Positions 1-13,149 of a stretch of 64,000 bases of DNA are shown piece after piece. Both the position numbers and the translations under genes were made by a program. How positions within the stretch are numbered: position 1 is the stretch's first letter; each line of letters starts with the position of its first letter. The notes under the pieces were generated by a model. The model saw only the letters and a list, made by a program, of their open reading frames with translations, had not been told where the DNA came from and did no database searches. The stretch lies in NCBI RefSeq assembly GCF_009914755.1, contig NC_060933.1. One strand, written 5' to 3'. Source of the DNA: the human T2T-CHM13v2.0 reference genome, Homo sapiens.

Positions 1-965
1 TGTTTAGTGCTTCCTTCAGGAGCTCTTGTAGGGCAGGCCTGGTGGTGACAAAATCTCTCAGCATTTGCTTGTCTGTAAAGTATTTTATTTCTCCTTCGCT
101 TATGAAGCTTAGTTTGGCTGGATATGAAATTCTGGGTTGAAAATTCTTTTCTTTAAGAATGTTGAATATTGGCCCCCACTCTCTTCTGGCTTGTAGAGTT
201 TCTGCCGAGAGATCAGCTGTTAGTCTGATGGGCTTCCCTTTGTGGGTAACCCGACCTTTCTCTCTGGCTGCCCTTAACATTTTTTCCTTCATTTCAACTT
301 CGGTGAATCTGACAATTATGTGTCTTGGAGTTGCTCTTCTCGAGGAGTATCTTTGTGGCATTCTCTGTATTTCCTGAATTTGAATGTTGGCCTGCCTTGC
401 TAGATTGGGGAAGTTCTCCTGGATAATATCCTGTAGAATGTTTTCCAACTTGGTTCCATTCTCCCCGTCACTTTCAGGTACACCAGTCAAACGTAGATTT
501 GGTCTTTTCACGTGTCCCATATTTCTTGGAGGTTTTGTTCGTTTCTTTTTATTCTTTTTCTCTAAACTTCTCTTCTTGCTTCATTTTATTCATTTCGTCT
601 TCCATCACTGATACCCTTTCTTCCAGTTGATTGCATCGGCTACTGAGGCTTCTGCATTCATCACGTGGCTCTCGCGCCTTGGTTTTCAGCTCTGTCAGGT
701 CCTTTAAGGACTTCTCTGCTTTGGTTATTCTAGTTATCCATTCATCTAATTTTATTTCAAAGCTTTTAACTTCTTTGACATTGGTTCGAATTTCTTCCTG
801 TAGCTCGGAGTAGTTTGATTGTCTGAAGCCTTCTTCTCTCATTTTGTCAAAGTCATTCTCCATCCAGCTTTGTTCCATTGCTGGTGAGGAGCTGCATTCC
901 TTTGGAGGAGGAGAGGCATTCTGATTTTTAGAGTTTCCACTTTTTCTGCTCTGTTTTTTTCCCAT
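1..965 (-). pseudogene. L1 ORF1p (RNA-binding chaperone), disrupted by frameshifts
   Basis: ORF 549..965 is ORF1p N-terminus/coiled coil. Apparent 1-nt deletions near 555 and 512 relative to the recalled consensus. Window start translates PALQELLKEALN, the ORF1p C-terminal region. Confidence 0.95.
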
Positions 966-1541
966 CTTTGTAGTTTTATCTACCTTTGGTCTTTGATGAT
1001 GGTGACGTACAGACAGGTTTTTGGTGTGGATGTCCTTTCTGTTTGTTAGTTTTCCTTCTAACAGACAGGACCCTCAGCTGCAGCTCTGTTGGAGTTTGCT
1101 ACAGGTCCACTCCAGACCCTGTTTGCCTGGGTGTCAGCAGTGGTGGCTGCAGAATAGTGTACATTGGTGAACCGCAAATGCTGCTGCCTGATCGTTCCTC
1201 TGGAAGTTTTGTCTCAGAGGAGTACCCGGCTGTGTGAGGTGTCAGTCAGCCCCCTACTGGGGGGTGCCTCCCAGTTAGGCTACTCGGGGGTCAGGGACCC
1301 ACTTGAGGAGGCAGTCTGCCCATTCTCAGATCTCAAGCTGCGTGCTGGGAGAACCACTACGCTCTTCAAAGCTGTCAGACAGGGACATTTAAGTATGCAG
1401 AGGTTATTGCTGTCTTTTGTTTGTCTGTGCCCCGCCCCCAGAGGTGGAGCCTACAGAGGCAGGCAGGCCTCCTTGAGCTGTGTTGGACTCCACCCAGTTT
1501 GAGCTTTCGGGCCACTTTGTTTACCTACTCAAGCCTGAGCA

Positions 1542-1805
1542 ATAGTGGGCGCCCCTCCCCCAGCCTTGCTGCCACCTCGCAGTTTGATCTCAGACTGCTG
1601 TGCTAGCAATGAGCGAGGCTCCGTGGGCATAGGACCCTCCAAGCCAGGTGCGGGATATAATCTCCTGGTGTGCCATTTGTTAAGCCCGTTGGAAAAGCAC
1701 AATATTAGGGTGGGAGTGACCCGATTTTCTAGGTGCCGTCTGTCACCCCTTTCTTTGACTAGGAAAGGGAATTCCCTGACCCCTTGCGCTTCCCAGGTGA
1801 GGTGA
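1542..1805 (+). pseudogene. L1 ORF0 homologue in the antisense-promoter region; start codon ATG mutated to ATA
   Basis: Translation GAPPPALLPPRSLISDCCASNERGSVG...IRVGVTRFSRC matches primate L1 ORF0. 1542-1544 reads ATA where young L1s have ATG. Confidence 0.85.
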
Positions 1806-2029
1806 TGCCTTGCCCTGCTTCGGCTCACGCATGGTGCGCTGCACCCAGTCTCCTGCACCCACTGTTCGGCACTCCCCAGTGAGATGAACCCAGTACCTCA
1901 GTTGGAAATGCAGAAATCTCCTGTCTTCTGTGTCACTCACACTGGGAGCTGTAGACTGGAGCTGTTCCTATTCGGCCATCAGTTGTCTTGATTTTTATGT
2001 TTCCCTGTGGCTTTGCAGAGAGCTGGTCT

Positions 2030-2083
2030 AATTATTATATATATGTATATAAATAAATAAATTATATATTTATATATATATAT
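2030..2083. repeat. (TA)n / AT-rich low complexity
   Basis: attatatatatgtatataaataaataaattatatattttatatatata. Confidence 0.85.
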
Positions 2084-2411
2084 TTCACTTCACATATTGT
2101 TAATGTCACCTAGTTGAGGCAGTTGTGACCACCTTCATTTTAGAGATTAGTGTCTGCTGCCTAAAGCAATCCATAGATTTCCTGAAGCCAGACTGTTGTG
2201 ATCCTAGAGACCCTTGCAGGGAAGTAAGAGGAAGTTCCCTCTTCCCCATGTACTTTTCCAGAACCAGGATGACCTTGGGAACTAGATCTCATAGGAGAGG
2301 ATGCATCTCTAGATGGAGGTTACAGTCTGTGAAATTTAACCACAAGGGAGAGGGCGGGCAAGAGATATTTCCTAATGGTCAAGAGCATAGGCACTGGAAC
2401 ACTGTACCTGA

Positions 2412-2794
<383 letters not shown>

Positions 2795-3589
2795 ACTAAT
2801 CTTTAAAATGGAGGTGACCATAACTACTTCAGCAATGTGGCATTAAGAATATGTAAAATAAATAATATAAAATAACTAGATCAGTAATTAGCAGGAATAA
2901 GTTCTCGATAAATGGCTAATAACAAATACTATTGTCTGTGGTTTTTGCGAACAGAGCTCAGAATTAGGGTAGAAGTTTGACCGAAAGAGCTAATCTTTGC
3001 CCAGGAGACAATCCTACCTTACTAAAGGATTCCCTCCTTTCAATTCACTGAAATTTCTGAGCTCTTAATATTGATGAGGCATTACAAAGGTTATAAAGAT
3101 TATTGAGGCTTGCCTGTTTTTCAATCATCGGAGCTCAAGATTCATGAGATGAAAAGACATATTAACAAAAATTCTGTGAGACAGAGCAAAGAGTAATTGC
3201 ACTTGATAGTGTTAAGTACCATTTTGGTCATTCAAAAAAGGGAATTATTTTACCTGACTGGGGAGTTAGAATAGACTCTATGAAGCAGGGAGGTTTTTGA
3301 CAGCACTGGAAGAAAGCATGGAGTTTGGATAAACACAGGTATGAGTAAGAAGGAAGGACATTTTTTGTTTGAGGAAACAGAAAGTGCAAAGATACATAGA
3401 TTAGCTTATATATTATAAAAGGGCTGAGAAATGAGGCTGAAAATGTAGGCTAGGAGTACAGGGTAAAAGGTTTTAGGACTTTCTGAATTCTATAGGCAAT
3501 GGAGAAGCATTAGACGTCTTTCTTGAGTGGATTGTAAATTATCTGAAGATGGAATATTTGAATATTTCAACATCATAATATAATGATTG

Positions 3590-3685
3590 GCAAATAGCAC
3601 TCAGTAATTGTTTGAGTAAATGGTGGATAGTGGATGGATAAATGAAGACATGGATGGATGGATAGATGAATAAATGAATGAAATA
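3590..3685 (+). repeat. L2 3' end / (TGGA)n-(TGAA)n simple repeat
   Basis: tggatggataaatgaagacatggatggatggatagatgaataaatgaatgaa. Confidence 0.6.
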
Positions 3686-4419
3686 ATGGTTATGGAAGAT
3701 ATACACCCAGCTGTCTTGTACTCATCTGCTTGCCAATTAAATCATAACATTTAGTAAATATTAAATAAATTAATTGTTCACAGACTGTGCTATATATTAT
3801 TTGTGCTTTGAACTTGGAGCAAATTCTCTCTTTATCATAGTAAGCCCAGGAAAGACTATCTTGCCCACATTTTGGAGAGATTCATTTTCTATGTACTGTA
3901 CTCTACCTATTGGAAGTCAGGGATTTTTTTTCTTAGCCATTTTTGTTGAGTCATTGTCTTTATTTTGATAAGAAGGAGCACAGTTCTTTAAAAATTTGGA
4001 CCCCCAAAGCCAATTTTTATGTTTCCCCAAGCACTGCAATTGAGGCCATTCTGCCTGGCTATTAATACTCTAATGGAACATTGTGCCCTCTTACAGAGGG
4101 GAAATCAGACATTGTGCTGAGCTGATTAGAAGTGATGGCATGGAGCTTCTTCCTGAGAACGGAAGTCTTGTAACCTCAAATACCAAGGACTATAAATCTC
4201 AGCAATATATAATGGTAATTGGTTTGAAAGGCCTAATCGACACAGAGAACGGAAGCCAAGTGCAGAATACTCAGGACTGGAAGCTCCAAGCCTCTGCCTC
4301 CTTCCAGAAGGAGATGTGTCATTTTCTCCCTCAGTGCTGGGAACAGCAATAAAGGATTTCAAAAGTTGAGCCTCGCTAAATGTCCAGGCTAGAAGCCCTG
4401 GGTGGTGGTCAGTAGGGTC

Positions 4420-4590
4420 TAAGAAATCTACCTGCAGCACATTAATCTGGGGACCTGGTAGAAACACAGATTCCTAGTTATCATGTTTGACATATTGAAT
4501 CAGAATCTGTAAATTTGAGCCCAGTAATTCATGGGAATTTTAACAAGTTTCCAGCTGATTCTTATGCACAATTATGTTTGAGGACCATAT
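4420..4590. mobile_element. MER5A-like hAT-Charlie DNA transposon relic
   Basis: tgaatcagaatctg...ttttaacaagtttccagctgattcttatgcaca...tttgaggacca, typical MER5A. Confidence 0.8.
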
Positions 4591-5189
4591 TGGCAAACAT
4601 CAATCCCTATATACTCCATGAGATCTTCCTAAGTCCCCTACCTCTATATTATAATGAAAACATCTCTGATCTTGAAAATGTTCTTCCTTCTTACTCATAT
4701 CTGTGTTTATCCAAACTCCATGCTTTCTTCCAGTGCTGTCAAAAACCTCCCTGCTTCATAGAGTCTATTCTAACTCCCCAGTCATGTAAAATAATTCCCT
4801 TTTTTGAATGACCAAAACGGTACTTAACACTATCAATATTATATATTACAATGAAAACATCTCTGATCTTGAATTTAGCCAACCAATGCTTAAATTTTGT
4901 GTGAGCCACCTACTTAATATGCAGGCTTTAGGAAAGCTCTGCTTTCTTTCTTTAATCATATTTTCTTCATTTTGCAAATGAAGAAATTAATGTTCACCAG
5001 GCTAGATTCTCATCAGGATCCAAAATGATTCAATAGTATATGAAAATGCTGGGACATGGTAGAGATCCAATAATAGTAGTCACGAGCTTGAAAACCATGT
5101 ATAACTTCAAAGGGCATTAAAGACAGATTTGGCTATGCACCTCTGAATTTGAAACTAACGAAGTCAAATCTGTTTTGAATATAGACACA

Positions 5190-5379
5190 ATACAATTGAG
5201 ATACGAAGAGTTGGAAAGAACTTGACTTGATTTCCAGTTTCATTGTTTATTAGCTACAGAGACTTAGGCAAGTCACTTAGTTTCTTTCAGACTCCAATTT
5301 GTCATCTGTAAAATGGGCATATACCACCTGTTTCTCATACCGTGAGAATTAAGGATATTTATGAAATGTAGTTGGCATG
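5190..5379 (+). mobile_element. MIR
   Basis: MIR core: gacttaggcaagtcacttagtttctttcag...catctgtaaaatggg. Confidence 0.75.
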
Positions 5380-7813
5380 TGTATTAGCTTGTTCTCATAC
5401 TGCTATTAAAAATACATGATACTGGGTAATTTATAAAGAAAAGAGGTAAAATTGGCTCACAGTTTCACAGGCTGTACAGGAAACATGATGGTATCTGTTT
5501 TGGGGGAGGCTTCAGAGAGTTTTTACTCATTTGGGAAGGTAAAGGAGAAGGCATCTTACTTGAAAGGAACAGGACCAAGAGAGAGGAGGGAAATATAACA
5601 TACTTTTAAACAACCGGATATCATAACTCACACACTATCATGAGAACAGCACCAAAGGGTTGGTGCTAATCCATTCGTGAGAGCTCTGCCTTCATGATCA
5701 AATCACCTCCCACCAGGACCCACCTACAACACTGGGGATTACAATTTGACATGAGATTTGGTGGGGACATAGATCCAAATCATATCATTCCACCCTTGGC
5801 TCTTCCAAACTCCACGTTCTTCTCACATTGCAAAATATAGTCATGCCTTTCCAATAGTCCTCCAAAGTCTTAACTCATTCCAGCATTAGCTCAAAAGTCC
5901 AAAGTCCAAAGTCTCATCAGAGACAAGGCTAGTTCTTTCTGCTTGTGAGCCTGGAAAATCAAAAATAAGTTAGTTACTTCCAAGCTACATTGGAGGTATA
6001 GGCATTGGGTAAATACACCCTTTCCAAAAGGGAGAGATAGGCCAAAGGAAAGGGGCTACAGTCCCCATGCAAGTCTGAAACCCAGCAAGGCAGCCATTAA
6101 ACCTTAAAGCTCCAAAATAATCTCTTTTGACTCCGTGTCTCACATCCAGGCACACTGGTGCAAAGGGTGGGCTCTCAAGGACTTGGGCAGCTCCACCCCT
6201 GTGGCTTTGCAGGGTTCAGCCTCCATGGTTTCTCTCATAGGTTGACATTGAGTGCCTGTGGCTTTTCCAGGCACGCCTTGCAAGCTGTCAATGGATCTGT
6301 CATGCTGGGGTCTGGAGGATCATGGCCCTCTTCTCACAGCTCCACTAGGCAGTGTCCCAGTGGGGCTTCTATGTGGGGGCTCCAACCCCACATTTCCACT
6401 TTATACTGCCCTAGTAGAGGTTCTCCATAAAGGTTCCACCCCTGCAACAGGCTTCTGCCTAGACCTCCAGGCTTTTCCATGCATTCTCTGAAATCTAGGC
6501 AGGTGTTCCCAAGCCTTGACTCTTGCACTCTGTGCACCCATGGGCTTAACACCACGTGGAAGCTGCCAAAGCTTATGGCTTGCACCCTCTGAAGTAATGG
6601 CCTGAGCTATACCTGGGACCTTTTTAGCCACAGCTGGAGCTGGAGTGATTGGGATGCAGGGAGCAGTGTCCAGAGGCTGTGCAGGGCTGTGGGGCCCTGG
6701 GCCTAGCCCAGGAAACCATTCTTCCCTCCTGAGCCTCTGGGTCTGTGATGGGAGAGGCTACTGTGAAGGTCTCCAAAATGCCTTTGAGACCTTTTTCCCA
6801 TTGTCTTGGCTATTACCACTTGGCTCCTTTTTACTTATGCAAATTTCTACAGCTGGCTCGAATTCCTCCCCTGAAAAAGGGCTCCTTTTTTTCTTACCGG
6901 ATAGCCAGAGTGCAAATTTTCCCAAGTTTTATGCTCTGCTTCACTTTTAAATATAAATTCCAGTTTTAGGTCATTTCTTTGCTCATCTATATGAGATAAG
7001 TTGTTAGAATCAGCCAGCTTACTTCTTGAACTCCTTACTGCTTAGATAGTTTTTCCTCCAGATACCCTAAATAATCATTCTCAAGTTCAAGATTCCACAG
7101 ATACTTAGGGCAGAGGCACAATGCCTCCAAGTCTTTTGCTAATGTGTAACAAAAGCAACCATTAGTCCAGTTCCCAATCAGTTCCTCATTTCCATCTGAA
7201 ACCTTCTCAGCCTGGATTCACTGTCCATATCACTATCAGCATTTTCATCACAACCATTTAACAAGTCTCTAGAAAGTCCCAAATTTTCCATCATCTTCCT
7301 GTCTTCTTCTGAGCCTTCCATACTCTTCCAACCTCTGCCCACTACTTAGTTCCAAAGTTGCTTCCACATTTTCAGTTATCTTCATAGCAATGCCCCATTC
7401 TGTATTAGTTCCTTCCTACACTGCTATAAAGAAATACCTGAGACTGGGTAAATTAATTTTTAAAAGAGGTTTAATTGGCTCATGATTCTCCAGGCTGTAC
7501 AGAAAGCATGGTGGCAACTACTTTTCAGGAGGCCTCAGGGAGCTTTTACTCATGGTGGAAGGCAAAGCAGGAGCAGGCATCCTATATGCAGGAGTAGGAC
7601 CAAGAGGGAGAGGGAGGGGCTACACACTTTTAAACAACCAGATCTTAGGATAACTCACTCACTGTCACAAGAACAGCACCAAGAGGGTGGTGCTAACCGA
7701 TTCATGAGAATTCTAGCCCCCTGCTCCAATCACCTCCTACCAGGCCCTACTTATACCACTTGGGATTACAATTCAACATGAGATTTGTGGGGACACAGAT
7801 TCAAACCATATCA
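5380..7813 (-). mobile_element. Full-length MSTA (ERVL-MaLR) provirus: LTR 5380-5787, internal 5788-7400, LTR 7401-7813
   Basis: Two homologous LTRs (TGTATTAG...CATATCA) flank about 1.6 kb of MaLR internal sequence. 5-bp TSD GCATG (5375-79) / GTATG (7814-18). Polypurine tract adjoins 5788 on the minus strand. Confidence 0.93.
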
Positions 7814-8098
7814 GTATGTATGAATTCTAACAGACAAAACCAGTGATTATGCCACAAGCTGGCTTGAGGTGGGACTACTGTAGCTTCTCTTCACCTTCTT
7901 TAGCCACAATCCAATTCTTTGCTGTTGAACAACTGAAGTTTTCTCAATTACATATAATATTTCATGGAAGCTGAGTTTTAGGCTCCCAAGCTACCTTTTT
8001 CCAAACAGATGGCTACATAAATCCCTTGCTACACACACCTCAGTAATGAAACTATGGAATCACTACAAATTGTACCTATGTATTACTTAATACCTATG

Positions 8099-8510
8099 TA
8101 TATTAGTCCAATACTGCATCACTGTAAAGAAATACCTGAGGCTGTGTAATTTATAAAGAAAATATTGAATTTTCTCATGATTCTGCAGGCTGTACAAGAA
8201 GCATGGCATCAGGATCTGCTTCAAGTGAGGGCCTCCTAAAGCTCACAATCACGGCAGAAAGTGAAAGGAGAGCAGGCAGTCACATGGCAAGAGCGGTAGC
8301 AAGAGAGAGAGGTGGAGGAGGTGCCAGTCTCTTTTAAATAGCAAGATGTTGCATGAACTGAGAACTTACTCATCACCAAGGGGATGATTCAAAGCCATTC
8401 ATGAGGGATCCACCCCCACAATCCAATCACCTCCCACTAGCCCACCTACCCAACACTGGGAATCATATTTTGACATGAGATTTGGAGGGAACAAGTATCA
8501 AACCATATCA
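8099..8510 (-). mobile_element. MSTB-type solo LTR inserted in a MIR
   Basis: TATATTAGTCC...AAACCATATCA; TSD CTATG/CTGTG; MIR core resumes at 8515. Confidence 0.88.
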
Positions 8511-8599
8511 CTGTGTACACTTGAAGAAGTAGTTAACCTCTCTAAGCTTCTCTTTCCTTCTCTGTAAAATGGTTACAGTAATTGTACCTTTATTATGTA

Positions 8600-9090
8600 C
8601 CTATATTAGCTAGGATAAGTAATGTTCAATGTTGTAATAGATAAACCTTGAAATTCAAATAGCATTCTTATCACAGTAAAATATTATTTTTTTCTGATGA
8701 TTTCTGATTACTAGCCAGGAAAAAGTCACTTAACTTCTCTGTTCCTCAATTTCTTTGTTAGTCAAATAATAACTGGCTGTTTTTAGGAGTTCTTTGTCCA
8801 TGCCACTTTTCAATGGCCTGGGCTCCTTCCACTTTATTGCCTCTACCTTCAACACATTATCTCAAAGTTTACTGTAGAAAGAGAAGAGAGAACATGGGTA
8901 TGGAATGCCAGAGACTCAAGTTCCTTGACCCAGAAGTGACACATCCTTTCTGCTCATGTTTTGTTGAACAGAACCATTCACGTTGCCCACCTAGGTGCAA
9001 GTGGGGGCTGGAAAAAGTCCCTGGCAAGGAAGCTGCTTACCAACAACAACTTTCCATTATGGAAGGAGAGCACAAGTCTCTGTCTCAGCC
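8600..9090 (-). mobile_element. Old MLT1 (K/L-like) LTR fragments, interrupted by a MIR piece
   Basis: ccagaagtgacacatcctttctgctcatg...cccacctaggtgcaag...ggctggaaaa. Confidence 0.55.
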
Positions 9091-9238
9091 AACATTACTA
9101 TCTTATAAGGTTGTTGTGAAGACTAAATGAGAAAACAAACATCGAATGCTTAGTACAGAGCCTGGTACATAGAAGATAATCAATAATTGTTAATGGAAGC
9201 CATCATCTTAAAACTGCAAGTTTAATTTCATTCTTTGA

Positions 9239-9643
<405 letters not shown>

Positions 9644-10378
9644 TAATTTTTATTAATCTATTCAAAACACATTTACTGAGTGAACCAGACATTCCCTATG
9701 ACCAGGCATTATGTAGAATGGAAAGAAAATGAGTATGAACATGCAGAGAATTACATAAGTGGTTATTTAAATTATAATTTTGATGCTACATGAAATGGAA
9801 ATACAGAATTTTTTTAAAAAAATGTTTCTATCTAGGGGACTTATTTAGGATGTGGAATTCAATACAGTCTTCTCTGAGACCCAAAGAATAAATGGAAATT
9901 AGCCAAGTGAAGTGAGGTACAGGTTTTAGGCAGAAGGAATGAATGTGAGTCTTCACTTCTTACTAACTCTGTCCATCATTCAGTTTGGACAGCAGACCTG
10001 ATGGAATATTCCAAAGCATCATCAGCTTTAAAAATATGAATACATTTTAAAATTCTGGTAAATGTCTACAAGGAAAACTCACAACTTACAAAGAACACAT
10101 AACATCCAAACACTTTAGTAGCCCCAAGGAACTTACAAATATTTTCATCCACTTACAAACATTCTTCTATTCTTTGGAATTGTCGACCAGTTTTTCTGTA
10201 CATAACTTTTCTCAGCCTGGTTCAAATCTCTGAGTGTGTTTGAAACAGAAACATTTCTGTGATTTATACTACCCTTGGACGAATATCCAATCGTCACCAG
10301 TTCTATCACAGCTCTCAAAACGCAGAAATAGTGTGTGCATGTAGATTCCTAAGCACACACACAACCACACACATGCAT

Positions 10379-10744
10379 TGTATTAGTCTGTTTTCACACT
10401 GCTATACAGAACTGCCTGAGACTGGGTAATTTATAAAGGAAAGAGGCTTAATTGACTCACAATTCAGCATGGCTGTGGAGGCCTCAGAAAACATAATCAT
10501 GGTGGAAGGGGAACAAAGCACCTTCTTCACAAGGTGGCAGGAAAGAGAATGAACGCAGGGGGAACTACCAAACACTTATAAAACCATCAGATCTCACTAC
10601 CGTGAGAACAGCATGGGGAAAACTACCCCCATGATTTGATTGCCTCCATCTAGTCTCTCCCTTGATGTGTGGAGATTATGAGGATTACAGGAAATTACAA
10701 TTTCAAGATGAGATTTTGCGTGGTGAAACAACCAAACCGTATCA
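10379..10744 (-). mobile_element. THE1C-type solo LTR
   Basis: TGTATTAGTCTGTTTTCACACTGC...AAACCGTATCA; perfect 5-bp TSD TGCAT (10374-78, 10745-49). Confidence 0.92.
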
Positions 10745-11298
10745 TGCATGCATACACAGAGTAGGAAAGTGTCACTGGGGGTGGTAGAGAGAACTAAGTA
10801 GACCTAAGGAATTCAGGCCCAGGCTCTGCCACTTACTGGTTGTAGGGTCCAAATTTCTTAGCATGGCATTCAAAGCCATTCATGATTTGAACCCTACCAA
10901 AATTTGACAGCTGAGCTCCTTCGGCCATTCTCCCCTCTGTGTGCCCTTGGTTACAGACCGAGCAAGCCTCTAGGGGTCCTTGGTATTTTCTTTATGCATT
11001 TTTTTTATACATGGTGTGGACATCCACTACCTGAGATGCTCTCCATAAGCACAGGCTTCTGTCCTCACCACTGCCACACACACTTCTACTCAACTCCTAC
11101 TCAGTCTTAAGATGGATATCAGCCTCTTTCATTAATCATTTTCCAAGTTTGATTTGCCTCATACGCACTGAACCAAGTAAATTAGGTTCCCATTCTATGT
11201 GGCCCTATCCCTGAACTTACCACACTAGTGCTATTTTCTAACCACTTATGTGTCTTCCTCTCTCAGTAATCAATACAATTACCATGGCATGGGCAGAT

Positions 11299-11353
11299 TG
11301 TGTGTGTGTGTGTATGTGTGTATGTGTATGTGCAGATATATATAGAGAGAGAG
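11299..11353. repeat. Compound (TG)n/(TA)n/(GA)n microsatellite within L2 relic
   Basis: tgtgtgtgtgtgtgtatgtgtgtatgtgtatgtgcagatatatatagagagagag. Confidence 0.85.
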
Positions 11354-12624
11354 TTAATCTTGGCACCTAACATGGGGTCTTATACATGATATAGGCATTT
11401 AACACAAGGTTGTTAATCAAGTGCCTATTCTAGTCATTTGTCCAGTCCAAACCTCAGTTTTCTCACCTGTTGAAATGAAAAATCATATTTTCCCCACATA
11501 GTTCATCTGGCCTCATACTAAATGAAAAAAATGTATGTAAAATGCTTAGCAAAGATTCTGTCACATGGTAAGGATAAGTGAGTCATTGAGTCAGCAAACA
11601 TTTGAGTGCCTACTATGCCCTGGATCATGAATGTAAAAATATTTTGCCAGTGATAAGCACTCATAAATAGAATCATACATTTAATAATCACAGTGTGATT
11701 GTTACAATATTAAGAAAAATGGGTACATATGTTTTTTGCCTGTTTAATTATAATAATGCTAATAATATGAATAACCCTGTTCAAGTTCTTGAAGAATAAC
11801 GAGAAGAGTAAGAAATGTAGAGCTTGCAAACATTGGAGTTCTGAACAAGATGACAGCACTCAATGTATAACCAGTTATGAATTCCAGGGTTAGTGAATTT
11901 AATACATTTTATATCATTGCAAATGTTTGCTCTACTCCCAGGGAAGATTAAAAATAAAAAATTCCTGTGTTTGGCTCAGGAGCTTCCTTCTCTCCTGGCA
12001 GTATGCATCAGACTAAATGTCACAAGAATATTTCAGCATATGTGGGTAAATATTTACACTCATTTTAAGCAGATATTCCAAATTCCTTGTTGTTTTTCAG
12101 CAGAGGCCTAAACCTGGTGGTAAAAGTCATGAATAGAACTTTTTCATTCTCACTAAGTGAGAAGGGGATTTTCAAGCATTCTTTCCTCCAGGGTGCTCTA
12201 TTTTTCTCCTCCCATTCTTTTTGGGTTGAACTATTGGAAGGGAGAACTGGCCCTCTGCCATGGATCTCTCTACCATGCCACTTTGAATTATTGCTCCGTG
12301 GTCCCTGGGAGCCACTAGAAGATTCAGCTGCAAGCTCAGGAAAAAAATTATATATATATATGCAAAATATATACATATATATATGCAAAATACAGTGTTT
12401 TGGCCTTGGATTACAAAATGTGGACAATGACTAAGCTTCTGACTCTATGAGTAATGAGAAATAATGGCTGGAGCAAATTAAAGATTGTACTTGTTCTAAT
12501 GTGGAGAGCAGAAAGGCGTATGTATCAATGGGAGAACATTGCTGGGATGACAGGTTGATACTACACAAAGCTTGGGTGATAGACATTTTTGTGTTTATGG
12601 TGCATTGAAATGCTGTCTTTATAT

Positions 12625-12626
<2 letters not shown>

Positions 12627-12670
<44 letters not shown>
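12627..12670. repeat. (GT)22 perfect microsatellite
   Basis: 44 nt of uninterrupted GT. Confidence 0.97.
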
Positions 12671-12674
<4 letters not shown>

Positions 12675-13149
12675 CTGGATATTTCCTTTGCTTTCCAAAA
12701 TCTCCCAGTAGTAGAAGCCCTCCTTTGCAGAAAAGACATAAAGATCTCTGTTAATAGAGCAAAAGAAGACAGTAGGCAAAGCTTCACCCTGGTCCAATAG
12801 GCAGGTGAATCTTCACTGGTGCCATAGAGTTGACCCGTCATAAGGCAAGATGACTCAGTTTTATGCCCTTGTATTTGTTGGTTATTGCCTGAGGGGTCCC
12901 CAAGAAGTTTGAGGGTGAGGGCTATCAGCAGTATGTAGAACTCCTTCAAAACTAGGTAGATGAGGATTGGAGACTTGATTCTCAAAACAATGGGTAGCCA
13001 CGAATGGATTCTGAGTAGTAAAAATTCGTCACCACAGCTGTCCAGTGGGAGAGTAAGTCAGCAATGCATACTGCATACGTTGAAGCAGGAAAAGCTGCAA
13101 AAGGATAACGTAAATTACTTTATAATTCTGCAGACATCTGCATACCATT

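Larger units (their letters stand above)
1..1980 (-). mobile_element. LINE-1 (L1PA3-L1PA5 type): 5' UTR and ORF1; element continues beyond window start
   Basis: Minus strand begins GATGGCCGAATAGGAACAGCTCC (L1 5' end) at 1980. About 1015 nt of 5' UTR precedes ORF1 MGKKQSRK at 965. Confidence 0.97.

Noticed and set aside
6158-6969. Cluster of overlapping ORFs
   Set aside because: Decayed MSTA internal region; short broken frames typical of MaLR-int.
12431-12985. 184-aa minus-strand ORF
   Set aside because: It runs through the (GT)22 repeat (THTHTH), has no recognisable domain and no splice context; a chance ORF.
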